A DNA stretch of 64,000 bases from an uncultured Acidobacteriota bacterium (lineage in GTDB: Bacteria; Acidobacteriota; Vicinamibacteria; Vicinamibacterales; CAVVIG01), in the NCBI GenBank assembly GCA_963840225.1, contig CAWIYH010000002.1:839934-903933 (forward strand), read 5' to 3'. The position numbers and the translations under genes were made by a program. Below the pieces are notes generated by a model. It ran no database searches, was not told the origin of the DNA, and saw nothing but the letters and a program-made list of their open reading frames with translations. The first letter of the stretch is position 1; each line of letters begins with the position of its first letter. Below, in pieces: positions 24,182 through 33,075 of the stretch.

Positions 24182-26956
24182 CTATCGTGCCTCCTGCGTC
24201 GCCGGCGGCTTCGGCGCCGCCTTGAGATCATCGAAATTCAGGACGGTGTTGAACAGCAGGTTGAACTCGCCGTAGTTCTGCCAGCGGTAGCAGGGATTGC
24301 TGGCAAACAGCACGATCCGTCCCTTGCCGGTCGGGACGTCGACGATCGCGGGCCGATTCTTGATTTCGTTCGCGCCCTTCATCAGCCCGCTCAGCACGTT
24401 CGCCTCTCCTCCGGGGAACTGCATCAGAATCTCGCCCTTCTCCTCCTCGGGCACCCGGAGCAGCGGTCCGTTGGCGTAGCGCACCGCGATCTGCTTGGCG
24501 TCGTACCCGTAGAAGATCGGGCTCGCGGCCTGGAGGATGTCGGCGTTGACGATGGGCCCGGGCGCGTAGAACTGTCCTCCCGGCCGCTGGGCGTCGATCG
24601 TGCGGGTGAGGCCGAATTCGGGCGGGAAGTAACTTGCCACCCCGAGCGTCACGAGCACGCCGCCCTGGTCGACGAAGTTCTGGAACTCCTCGACTCCCTT
24701 GATGCCCATGCCGCCGGTGATGTCCTCGGACTGGCCGTACATGCCGAGGCTCTTGAATTCCGGGGACTTCTCGTAGTCCACCGGGTGCCCCTTCGGCTCG
24801 ATGTCGTACACGAGGCTCTTCGCGCTCCGCCCCTGGCTCGGGATCACGATGAGGTCGTACTTCGACCGCAGATCACCGCGCTTGACTTCGTCCTTGTAGA
24901 TCAGGTCGTAAGGGACCTCGAACTGGTCGAGAGCGAACCGGACCCAGCCGACGTCCTGCGTGCTGCCCCAGGTGCTGTAGATGGCCAGGCGCGGGATGTT
25001 CAGGTCGTGCTTCGGCACGTCGGGCATCGCGGCCAGCGGCGCCCCCTTCAATCCGAGCGCCTCGATCGCCTGGGCGACCCGCCGGCTCGTGTCGGCGACG
25101 AGGAACGAGCCCGCCGGGTAGTCGACACCGCCTGCCTTGAAAGGGCGCTCGGCCGCCTGCATCCTGACGTCCTTCAAGCGGTACCGCAGCGTGACCAGGT
25201 TGTTCGACCCGTTGTGCATCACGGCGTAGCCGGCAGCGGGCGTGCCGGTCGCGACGGTGCCCTTGACCGTGAAGTCCGTCGCGGGATCGGCGGGCACGTC
25301 GAGAATCGCCTTGTCGTCGATGGCCTTGACCTCGGCGTGCGCCATCAATCCCATCGTCCATGCGGCGTCGTCGTAGGTGCGGAGGTTCTGGTCCGGGTAG
25401 ACCTGCTTGTCGAGCAGCACCTTCACGAAGCGGCCGTACGGCTGGTTGCGCTTGATCACGTACGAGCCGGCCGGAAACGTGCCGTCCTTCACCTTGATTT
25501 CGCCGGTCGCGCGGCCGATTTCGATGCCCTGCTCCTTGAGGAGCCCGAGCATCCACGCCGACCTGGTCATGTCGCGCTGGTCGGACGGAATCACGTAGCC
25601 GAACGGCGCCTTCGTGCGGCCGTCGTTCAGCGAGTTCGCGCTCTTGGTGTAGAAGTTGTCGAGCAGGACCTTCGGGAAGCTCGAGGCGAGCTGCAGGGAC
25701 GACAGCACGCCGGTCTCCATGTAGTTCGTGTTGTTGCGCAGCGACCACATCACCTCGGCGTACGGCGGGTTCTCGCGATACCACTCCTTCTTCGTGTATC
25801 CGGGGCCGTCCGACGGACCGAACGGGTTGCGGTTGATGTGCCGCAGCATCGTGTTGGCCCCGCCGTTCGAGAAGGTCTCGTAGAAGCGCTGGAGCCCGTT
25901 GTGGTTCGACGCCGTGAAGGCGACGTACCCCGGCGAGAACGCGTCCACGTAGCCGTACCACCAGACGCCCGGCATGCCGTAGCTCTCGAGCCGGCTGACG
26001 TCCCAGTTCGCGAACCAGGGCACTTCGCTGTACGTGATCGGATCGAGCCCCGGGTTGTGCGGCGGCTCCGCGCCGTAGACGTAGAGGAACGGCACCGACT
26101 CGTGCAGGTCGTGCATCACGATCGGATGCCATTTCAGGTACCAGGCCAAAATGGCGCGCGAGGTCACCTGCGACGCGTTGATGTCGCGGTTGTTGTCGTG
26201 AAAGATGTACTTGCCCCAATAGGGAGGTCCGCCGAACGCGCTGTCCTCGCTCGTGTCGTTGATCTTGTGGTGGTAGTACCAGTCGACGAACCGGTCGCGG
26301 CCGTCCGGGTCGGCCGCCGGGAGAATCGACACGATAACGTGGTCGCGGATCTGCTCGTAGAGCGGCGACTCGTCGGCGACGAGGCGGTAGGCCAGCTCCA
26401 TCAGCATCTCGGAGGGACCGGTCTCGCCGCTGTGGAGGCCGCCCATGAAGTGGTAGATCGGCTTGGCCTTCGCGATGATCGCCTTCGCCGTCGCCGCGTC
26501 GGTCTTTCGCGGGTCCGCCAGGTCCGCCAGGTACTGGCGATCCGTGTCGAGATTCCTGATCGACTCTTCGGAGCCGATCATCACGTCCACGAGCTCCCGT
26601 CCTTCGTCGGTCTTGCCGATCGTGAAGACCTTGATACGAGGGGACTTGGCCGCCAGCGCGCGATAGTAGCGGTACAGGTCGGCCGAGTAGGTCAGCTTCT
26701 TCGGCTCGCCGATGTAGTGGCCGAGGACCGCTTTGGGCGTCGGAATGCCGGCGGCCAGGGGCAGATGATCCACGAGCGGGCTCATGAACTCCGGCTTCGT
26801 GGTCCATTCCTTTACGAGCCTGGCGTAGTCCTGGTCGTTCTTCTGCGGAAGCGCTGTCGTTGCACTGGATTGCGCAGAAGTTCCCGGACCTGCGGCCAGG
26901 AGGAGCGCCGCCAGAGCGGCTCCGATCAGCCGGCTGTGGCGCGTCGGCGATGCCAT
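24182..26956 (-). CDS. large secreted M14-family zinc carboxypeptidase-like protein
   Basis: 924 aa with a signal peptide. HSGE zinc motif (MGGLHSGETGPSEM), PAADPDGRD, and the HDLHES third-ligand region. Confidence 0.8.
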   Translation of the reverse strand: MASPTRHSRLIGAALAALLLAAGPGTSAQSSATTALPQKNDQDYARLVKEWTTKPEFMSPLVDHLPLAAGIPTPKAVLGHYIGEPKKLTYSADLYRYYRALAAKSPRIKVFTIGKTDEGRELVDVMIGSEESIRNLDTDRQYLADLADPRKTDAATAKAIIAKAKPIYHFMGGLHSGETGPSEMLMELAYRLVADESPLYEQIRDHVIVSILPAADPDGRDRFVDWYYHHKINDTSEDSAFGGPPYWGKYIFHDNNRDINASQVTSRAILAWYLKWHPIVMHDLHESVPFLYVYGAEPPHNPGLDPITYSEVPWFANWDVSRLESYGMPGVWWYGYVDAFSPGYVAFTASNHNGLQRFYETFSNGGANTMLRHINRNPFGPSDGPGYTKKEWYRENPPYAEVMWSLRNNTNYMETGVLSSLQLASSFPKVLLDNFYTKSANSLNDGRTKAPFGYVIPSDQRDMTRSAWMLGLLKEQGIEIGRATGEIKVKDGTFPAGSYVIKRNQPYGRFVKVLLDKQVYPDQNLRTYDDAAWTMGLMAHAEVKAIDDKAILDVPADPATDFTVKGTVATGTPAAGYAVMHNGSNNLVTLRYRLKDVRMQAAERPFKAGGVDYPAGSFLVADTSRRVAQAIEALGLKGAPLAAMPDVPKHDLNIPRLAIYSTWGSTQDVGWVRFALDQFEVPYDLIYKDEVKRGDLRSKYDLIVIPSQGRSAKSLVYDIEPKGHPVDYEKSPEFKSLGMYGQSEDITGGMGIKGVEEFQNFVDQGGVLVTLGVASYFPPEFGLTRTIDAQRPGGQFYAPGPIVNADILQAASPIFYGYDAKQIAVRYANGPLLRVPEEEKGEILMQFPGGEANVLSGLMKGANEIKNRPAIVDVPTGKGRIVLFASNPCYRWQNYGEFNLLFNTVLNFDDLKAAPKPPATQEAR

Positions 26957-27045
26957 GCTATAACTCCTTGCTTACGAGATGCTTGACTCGTCTTCCGCTC
27001 GAGCTGGATAGTGCCGACGCGGTGCAAAAACGGCGAAAAAACCCG

Positions 27046-27075
27046 TTGAGATGGCCGCCGTCCGGTCGATACAAT
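27046..27075 (+). promoter_or_regulatory. candidate sigma-70-type promoter (TTGAGA-N18-TACAAT) upstream of the DGQHR gene
   Basis: TTGAGA at 27046-27051 and TACAAT at 27070-27075, 55 nt upstream of ATG 27130, in a relatively A/T-rich intergenic region. Sequence match only. Confidence 0.3.
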
Positions 27076-27129
27076 CCGTCTCTTTGAGCCGGTCAGCGGG
27101 CCGGCCAGAGCGCCCGGGACCTAGAACCT

Positions 27130-28272
27130 ATGATCAATGTTGCCGCGATCCGCATGCAGCAGTTCGGGGTGCAATTCTACCAAGCTTCGCTCACGGCCAG
27201 TGACATCGACAAACTTGTTCGATTCGAGGTCCTGAGCTACGGCGAAGGCTCGCAGCCGCCGGTTCGGGGCGGCAAGGCGCGTCCGGGAGTCGCCCCCTCG
27301 AAAGTGAACTGGGACCTGCTCGAGCGCCGGATTGCGTCGAGCGAAAAGGCCTACCAGCGGCAGATCATCCGCCGGAAGATCGACGAGCTGGTGCAGTACT
27401 ACGAGCAGTGCCGGCAGGCGCGCGATCTCCCGTCGATTCCGGGCGCTGTCATCATCTCCTGCGACGAAAAGCTGTCTTTTCTGGCCGCCGGGGAGGATGG
27501 CCGGCTCGGGATTCTGAAAGTGCCCGAGCGCGAAGGGATCCTGCGCGCCATCGACGGCCAGCACCGTCTGCTCGCCCTTCACGCCGACATCGACCACTTT
27601 GCGGGGGAGGACTTCAGCGTTCCGGCCGTCATTTTCGACCGCCTGCCCGAAGACCACGTCGTCCAGATGTTCGTGACGATCAACGCCAAGCACACGCGGC
27701 TGAACGCGTCGCACCTGGTGAGCCTGTCGGGGCGCCAGCTGTACCGTGACGACAACCTCGCGACCGCACACGACGTCGTGCGCGCCTTGAACGACCGCGA
27801 GGATTCGCCGCTCTACGACGAGATCAAGCTGCTCGGCGTCGGCCACGGCCGTGTGGCCCAGGCGCCGCTGGCGCAGGAGCTCAAGAAGCTGTTCGCCTCG
27901 GACCTGCTCGGCACCACGCGCCAGACGGCCGACTTCCGGGAGGACGCGAGGAAGTTCTTCGTCAACTATTTCAAGCAGATAGCGCTCGTTTTCGGCGGCG
28001 CCTGGAACGGCCGGAAATACAGCATCAAGTCGGCGAACGCGCTGCGCGCCTTCGTCCGCGTCGCGCCGGACGTCATCCGCCGCCTGGACCAGGAGCACGC
28101 CGACCGGGCGGACTTCCGCGCCATCGGCCGGGTCATCGCCCCCTGGGGCCGGCGGATAGGGGACCTTCGCTTCGAAACCGAAGGCGCCTGGAAGCGCAGC
28201 GGCACGACCGTGGACTCGCTGGCCAAGGAGCTGCGCCTCGCCCTTCAATACCCCGAGGGGGCGGCCGTCTGA
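27130..28272 (+). CDS. DGQHR domain protein (DndB-like, ParB/sulfiredoxin fold)
   Basis: 380 aa. Eponymous motif AIDGQHRLLAL plus QMFVTINAKHTRLN. No dnd/dpd partner genes nearby. Confidence 0.85.
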   Translation: MINVAAIRMQQFGVQFYQASLTASDIDKLVRFEVLSYGEGSQPPVRGGKARPGVAPSKVNWDLLERRIASSEKAYQRQIIRRKIDELVQYYEQCRQARDLPSIPGAVIISCDEKLSFLAAGEDGRLGILKVPEREGILRAIDGQHRLLALHADIDHFAGEDFSVPAVIFDRLPEDHVVQMFVTINAKHTRLNASHLVSLSGRQLYRDDNLATAHDVVRALNDREDSPLYDEIKLLGVGHGRVAQAPLAQELKKLFASDLLGTTRQTADFREDARKFFVNYFKQIALVFGGAWNGRKYSIKSANALRAFVRVAPDVIRRLDQEHADRADFRAIGRVIAPWGRRIGDLRFETEGAWKRSGTTVDSLAKELRLALQYPEGAAV

Positions 28273-28305
28273 AGGGCCCGGCGCCCTGAACCGCCCGCCC
28301 CTTCC

Positions 28306-29394
28306 ATGAGAACGCTCTTCATCACCGGCGGCGCCGGGTTCATCGGATCGAACCTGGTGCGCCACGCCCTGGCGCACACGGCCCATCGCCTCGTCGTCGT
28401 CGACAGGCTGACCTATGCCGGCAGCCTCCGCAATCTCGAGGAGCCGCTCGAGGACGCCAGGGTCGTGTTCGTGCAGGCCGACATCGCGGATCGGGAGGCG
28501 ATGGCACGCCTGTTCCACGAGCACAGCCCCGCCGCGGTGGTCAACCTGGCGGCCGAGACGCATGTCGATCGGTCGATCGACAGCCCCCGGCTGTTCGTCG
28601 ACACGAACATCGTCGGCACCTTCGTGCTGCTGGAGGCGGCGCGGCGCTTCGTCGCCGGCCTGGCGCCCCCGGACCGGTCAGCGTTCCGGCTGCTGCACGT
28701 CTCGACCGACGAGGTGTACGGCACGCTCGGGACGACCGGAGCCTTCAGCGAAGAGAGCCCCTATAAGCCGAACTCTCCGTACGCGGCCACCAAGGCCTCG
28801 GCCGATCATCTCGTGCGCGCGTACCATCACACGTACGGCCTGCCGACGATCATCACCAACTGCTCGAACAACTACGGCCCGTATCAGTTTCCGGAGAAGC
28901 TGATTCCGCTCATGATCCTGAACGCGATCGAGGGGCGTCCACTGCCGATCTACGGTGACGGCGGCAACATCCGCGACTGGCTCCACGTCGACGATCACTG
29001 TGCGGGGCTGATGCTCGTCCTGGAGAAGGGCAGACCCGGCGTGCAGTACAACCTCGGCGGCGGGAGCGAGCGCACCAACCTCGAGGTCGTGGATCGAATC
29101 TGCGACGCGCTCGAGGAGACTCGGCCGGCGGCGGAGAACCCGTCCCTGGTGGGGCAGCGGGTCTCGTCGTATCGGGCCTTGAAGAGCTTCGTGCCGGATC
29201 GTCCCGGGCACGACCGACGGTATGCCATCGATGCGACCCGGGTCCGGCGGGAGCTCGGCTGGGCCGCGTCGCGGACCTTCGAGACGGGCCTTCGTGAGAC
29301 CGTCGCCTGGTACCTCGACCACCGCGACTGGTGCGAGCGGATCCAGGCCGGAGCCTACGACCGGCAGCGACTGGGGCTGGGCGCCCGGCCGTGA
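28306..29394 (+). CDS. rfbB: dTDP-glucose 4,6-dehydratase
   Basis: 362 aa. [36 protein letters not shown] (YxxxK). Confidence 0.95.
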   Translation: MRTLFITGGAGFIGSNLVRHALAHTAHRLVVVDRLTYAGSLRNLEEPLEDARVVFVQADIADREAMARLFHEHSPAAVVNLAAETHVDRSIDSPRLFVDTNIVGTFVLLEAARRFVAGLAPPDRSAFRLLHVSTDEVYGTLGTTGAFSEESPYKPNSPYAATKASADHLVRAYHHTYGLPTIITNCSNNYGPYQFPEKLIPLMILNAIEGRPLPIYGDGGNIRDWLHVDDHCAGLMLVLEKGRPGVQYNLGGGSERTNLEVVDRICDALEETRPAAENPSLVGQRVSSYRALKSFVPDRPGHDRRYAIDATRVRRELGWAASRTFETGLRETVAWYLDHRDWCERIQAGAYDRQRLGLGARP

Positions 29395-30267
29395 CCAAAG
29401 GGATCATCCTTGCCGGCGGTTCGGGGTCCCGGCTGCATCCGCTGACGCGCGCCGTCAGCAAGCAGCTGATGCCGATCTACAACAAGCCGATGATCTACTA
29501 CCCGCTGTCGACGCTCATGCTCGCCGGCATCCGGGACATGCTCATCGTCACGACGCCGCACGATCAGGAGGCGTTCCGCCGACTGCTCGGCACCGGCGAC
29601 GAGCTCGGCCTGTCGTTTTGCTACGCGGTGCAGCCCAATCCCGGTGGGCTGGCGCAGGCGTTCGTCATCGGGCGTGACTTCATCGGCGGGGCCCGCGCGG
29701 CCCTCGCCCTCGGCGACAACATCTTTTACGGCGCGCATTTCTCGGACTACCTGCGCAGGGCCGTGGCGCGCGAGCGCGGCGCGACCGTCTTTGCCTATCA
29801 GGTCCGCGACGCCGAGCGCTATGGCGTGGTTCAGCTCGACGCAGACGGCCGGCCCCTGAGCCTCGAGGAAAAACCGGCGCGCCCGAAGTCGTCGCTGGCC
29901 GTCACGGGGCTGTACTTCTACGACAACGACGTCCTGAACATTGCCGGCGCGCTCCAGCCGTCCGCGCGCGGTGAGCTCGAAATCAGCGACGTCAACCGTA
30001 CAGTACCTCGAACGGGGCACGCTGCACGTCGAACGGCTCGGGCGCGGCGTCGCGTGGCTCGACACCGGCACCCACGAATCCCTGATGCAGGCGTCGAGCT
30101 ACATCCAGGCGATCGAAGAGCGCCAGGGGTTGATGGTGGCGTGCCTCGAGGAGATTGCCTACCGCATGGACTATATCGGGCGGGCCGACCTCGAGCGTCT
30201 CGCACGGTCGATGGCGTCGAGCACCTACGGACAGTACCTGCTCCGGCTCCTCGACCAGGAACCGTGA
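29391..30267 (+). pseudogene. rfbA: glucose-1-phosphate thymidylyltransferase, frame-disrupted at about 30000
   Basis: GTG at 29391 (GTGA overlap with rfbB). [37 protein letters not shown]... runs in frame 0 up to EISDVNR (29999). The conserved continuation [28 protein letters not shown]... is in frame +1 from 30001 to the stop at 30265-30267. Removing one base gives a 291-aa RmlA. Confidence 0.85.
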
Positions 30268-30268
30268 C

Positions 30269-30838
30269 GTGCGCGTCGTCAGCACCGAGATTCCGGGGGT
30301 GTTGTTGATCGAGCCGGACGTCCACCGCGACGACCGCGGATTCTTCGTCGAGACCTACCGCGCCGACGAGTACCGAGTCGGCGGCGTGCCGGGACCGTTC
30401 GTCCAGGACAACTATTCGCGCTCGGTCGCGCGGACGCTTCGCGGCCTGCACCTTCAGCTGCGGCGCCCGCAGGGAAAGCTCATCCGTGTGGTCAGGGGCG
30501 CGGTCTTCGACGTCGCCGTGGACGTCCGCCGCGGATCTCCGACGTTCCTCAAGTGGGTCGGCCTGACGCTGTCGGCTGAGAACTTCAGGCAGTGCTACGT
30601 GCCCCCAGGCATCGCGCACGGCTTCTGTGCCCTGAGCGAGATGGCAGACATCGAGTACAAGTGCACCGACGTGTACGATCCCGAGAGCGACGTGGGAATC
30701 GCGTGGAACGACCCGGCGCTGGCGATTGCCTGGCCGATTGCCGACCCCCTGCTCTCCGCGCGCGATCGAAAGCATCCGCCGGTGGCGGCACTCCTCGATC
30801 GGCTGCCAGTGTTCGCCACGGGGCCATCAGAATTGTAA
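30269..30838 (+). CDS. rfbC: dTDP-4-dehydrorhamnose 3,5-epimerase
   Basis: GTG at 30269; 189 aa. [35 protein letters not shown]. Confidence 0.9.
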   Translation: MRVVSTEIPGVLLIEPDVHRDDRGFFVETYRADEYRVGGVPGPFVQDNYSRSVARTLRGLHLQLRRPQGKLIRVVRGAVFDVAVDVRRGSPTFLKWVGLTLSAENFRQCYVPPGIAHGFCALSEMADIEYKCTDVYDPESDVGIAWNDPALAIAWPIADPLLSARDRKHPPVAALLDRLPVFATGPSEL

Positions 30839-31009
30839 GTTTCTCGACAAGGTCGTCACCCGCGTGTTTCTCCCGCCGCAGCGAACGCGTGAATCTGCTC
30901 GAAATCCGCGTCGCTGAAACGGGCACGCCCATTGCGATAGGACCAGTGCAATCGCCGGTCTGATTACGGCAGGGCGCCGTGAATGCTGGGGGAGCCAGAC
31001 CGGTGGGCC

Positions 31010-31047
31010 AAAGGGGCATCGCAATCACGCGGTGCCCTTTTGTTTTG
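31010..31047 (+). terminator. intrinsic-terminator-like hairpin with U-rich tail
   Basis: AAAGGGGCA (31010-31018) pairs with TGCCCTTTT (31033-41): 9 bp including one G-U, with a 14-nt loop, followed by GTTTTG. It lies 170 nt downstream of rfbC in an otherwise noncoding 410-nt stretch. The loop is longer than ideal. Confidence 0.3.
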
Positions 31048-31179
31048 TACCTCCCGATGTAGAATCGCGGTCGTGCGCGCGCGATTCAGGCTGCTGCGAG
31101 TAACGGCCGTGCTGGTTTTCGGTCCGGCGGTGCGCCTGGCTCGCCACGATCCGACCGGGTTGCCTTCACGGTCGGGTGT

Positions 31180-33075
31180 TCACAATCGAGGCACAGCCGG
31201 TCCGGCGCTTTGCGGCGGATCCGCTACCTCGGCTTCGAATGCGTCGTGACCATGCGAATCGACATCAACTCCGACATGGGCGAGTCGTTTGGCGCGTACA
31301 CCATCGGCCATGATGCCGGGCTGATGCAGGCGATCACGTCCGCCAACGTCGCGGCCGGATTCCACGCCGGCGATCCCTCGGTGCTTCGCGCGACCATCCG
31401 CCTGGCGAAGACCCACGGCGTTAGGGTCGGGGCGCATCCGGGTTTCCCCGATCTCGTCGGCTTCGGGCGCCGCGAGCTGAACGTCACGCCGCAGGAAGCC
31501 GAGGACTTCGTTCTGTATCAGGTGGCCGCGGTCGCCGGCGTCGCGGCCGCCGAGGGAGTGCGGCTGCAGCACGTCAAGCCGCACGGCGCGCTGTTCAATA
31601 TGGCCGTGCGGAACGCCGAGCTGTCCGCGGCCATCGCCCGAGCCGTCGCCGCGTTCGATCGCTCGCTCATCCTCTTCGGCCTGCCAGGCTCGGAGATCCT
31701 TGCCGCCGGCCGGGCCGCCGGACTGCGCGTTGCGGCGGAGGTCTTCGCGGATCGCGCCTACGAGCCGGACGGGTCGCTCGTCTCGCGGCGCAAGGCCGGC
31801 GCGGTGATTCACGATCCGGCAGCCGTCGTCGCGCGCGCGGTGCGCATGGCCAAGGAGCGCACGGTCGTCGCCGCCGACGGCAGCGTCGTGGCGCTCGAGG
31901 CCGAGACCATCTGCGTCCACGGCGACACGCCCGGGTCCGACGACCTCGCGGCGAGAATTCGGCAGGGACTCGAAGCCGCCGGCGTCGCCGTCAAGGCGAT
32001 TGCGTCGTAGTGCACCGGCCGCCTGCCCCCGGACGTACGCGCGAAGGGCCTCGAGCGCGTCCACGATCGAATCGCGCGCCACACGATTGACAATCGGCAT
32101 CGCGACCGGCCGCAGCAGCGTCGGCACCCTGCGGCTGAGGCTCAGGGTTTCCACACTCGCCACGACGCCCGCAGGCGTCTGAACGTACTGCCAGTACGAG
32201 TTCAGCCGCCACAGGAAGCCGCGGTTGCCGCCGCCGTCTTCGACGATTCGCGTCGCGATGCTCCGGCTGGCGGCCACGTCCTGCGAACGCCGGAAGAACG
32301 CCACCTCGTGCTCCGTGTCGTAGGTCACCGCGACCAGCGCGTGGCGCACGATCCGCAGGTACACCCGCAGCCGGCAGCCGTCGCGCGACAGGACTCGTGC
32401 GGCGACGACGTCCTTCTCGGGAGGCGGCGTACCTGGCCACAGGAGCCGATCGAGCAGCTCGTCCAGAGTCACGTCGGGCACGACAGCCGCCGCCCGCCAG
32501 TGCAGGACCGTTCCCCCGGGAATCTCGATCGTCTCGCCGACAGGCAGAGCGGGCTCGAAGTGGCGCCAGGCGGGGCGAGAATCGAGACGAGGTGCCGTTA
32601 GGGCGACGTATCGGTCCCATCCCGCAATCGTTTCTGGCCCAGGCCCGGAGGCGGACACGCGTGCTGGAGCGACGGCCAGAGACCAGGCCGTCAGCACCGC
32701 GACGAAGACCCATCGATCCAGCGCGAAGAAGTTCAGCGCGCCGGTGCAGGCGAGGGCGACGATGTTGGCGGCAACAGGGGTGAATCCGAAGAGGCCCACC
32801 AGTGCCCAGACGCACAGGACGTTGGAGACGAGCGACGTCGCGCCATTGGCCAGATGAAACCGCGCGAGCCGACTCAGCATTCGCGAATCGCCCGTGACGG
32901 TCCGGTCGCTCCACGTCCAGCGCTCGTGCCACGCGAAGTTGTGAAGGACGGCCAGCTCGACACCGATCGCCGTCGCCGCGACCGCCGTCCATCCGACCGC
33001 CGTCAGAATCGCGACAGCGGCAATCTGTACGAGGAAGCCGAGCGCCCCGACGACCGCAAACGCCGTCACCCTCAT
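31180..33075 (-). CDS. GtrA-like membrane domain fused to an uncharacterised soluble domain; 3' end uncertain
   Basis: ATG at 33075 (ATGA overlap with the upstream stop). The first ~125 aa form 4 TM helices with GtrA-like HNFAWHERWTW and FFALDRWVF. A ~220-aa soluble domain follows, ending around ...DSIVDALEALRAYVRG (~32030). The literal frame has no stop until 31180 and runs antisense through all of pxpA. A 1-nt change in the C5 run at 32026-32030 would end it at 31991. Confidence 0.6.
   Translation of the reverse strand: MRVTAFAVVGALGFLVQIAAVAILTAVGWTAVAATAIGVELAVLHNFAWHERWTWSDRTVTGDSRMLSRLARFHLANGATSLVSNVLCVWALVGLFGFTPVAANIVALACTGALNFFALDRWVFVAVLTAWSLAVAPARVSASGPGPETIAGWDRYVALTAPRLDSRPAWRHFEPALPVGETIEIPGGTVLHWRAAAVVPDVTLDELLDRLLWPGTPPPEKDVVAARVLSRDGCRLRVYLRIVRHALVAVTYDTEHEVAFFRRSQDVAASRSIATRIVEDGGGNRGFLWRLNSYWQYVQTPAGVVASVETLSLSRRVPTLLRPVAMPIVNRVARDSIVDALEALRAYVRGQAAGALRRNRLDGDAGGFESLPNSRREVVGPGRVAVDADGLGLERHDAAVGGDDRALLGHAHRARDDGCRIVNHRAGLAPRDERPVRLVGAIREDLRRNAQSGGPAGGKDLRAWQAEEDERAIERGDGSGDGRGQLGVPHGHIEQRAVRLDVLQPHSLGGRDAGDRGHLIQNEVLGFLRRDVQLAAPEADEIGETRMRPDPNAVGLRQADGRAKHRGIAGVESGRDVGGRDRLHQPGIMADGVRAKRLAHVGVDVDSHGHDAFEAEVADPPQSAGPAVPRL
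31252..32010 (+). CDS. pxpA: 5-oxoprolinase subunit A (LamB/YcsF family)
   Basis: ATG at 31252; 252 aa. MRIDINSDMGESFG, SANVAAGFHAGDP, GAHPGFPD, HVKPHGALFN, VFADRAYEPDGSLVSR and ICVHGD align along the full length with E. coli PxpA by eye. Confidence 0.9.
   Translation: MRIDINSDMGESFGAYTIGHDAGLMQAITSANVAAGFHAGDPSVLRATIRLAKTHGVRVGAHPGFPDLVGFGRRELNVTPQEAEDFVLYQVAAVAGVAAAEGVRLQHVKPHGALFNMAVRNAELSAAIARAVAAFDRSLILFGLPGSEILAAGRAAGLRVAAEVFADRAYEPDGSLVSRRKAGAVIHDPAAVVARAVRMAKERTVVAADGSVVALEAETICVHGDTPGSDDLAARIRQGLEAAGVAVKAIAS

Noticed and set aside
20361-26986. Very long ORFs in the track: 20361-23696 (-, 1111 aa), 21371-23452 (+, 693 aa) and 23510-26986 (+, 1158 aa).
   Set aside because: Their translations are Arg/Pro/Gly/Ala/Asp-rich low-complexity strings with no motifs. 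They lie antisense to, or out of frame with, genes that have clear family signatures (OsmC, DUF1624, DUF5916, M14). These are typical stop-poor shadow frames of very GC-rich DNA.
27121-28563. 480-aa minus-strand ORF covering the whole DGQHR gene and the start of rfbB.
   Set aside because: It is antisense to two genes with unmistakable motifs (DGQHR; GGAGFIGS). The sequence is low-complexity.
31225-31251. GGCTTCGAATGC, which resembles a tRNA T-loop (GGTTCGAATCC).
   Set aside because: The flanking bases cannot form a T-stem (TCGGC versus GCGTC), an acceptor stem or an anticodon arm. The segment runs straight into the pxpA start codon.
31180-31990. C-terminal 270 codons of the 1137-aa / 632-codon minus-strand frame that runs antisense through pxpA.
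   Set aside because: Family-like sequence of the GtrA-fusion protein stops near 32030, and the remainder is noise opposite a full-length, well-conserved pxpA. It is kept within the literal CDS coordinates only because no in-frame stop exists; a 1-nt indel at the C5 run (32026-32030) is the likely cause.
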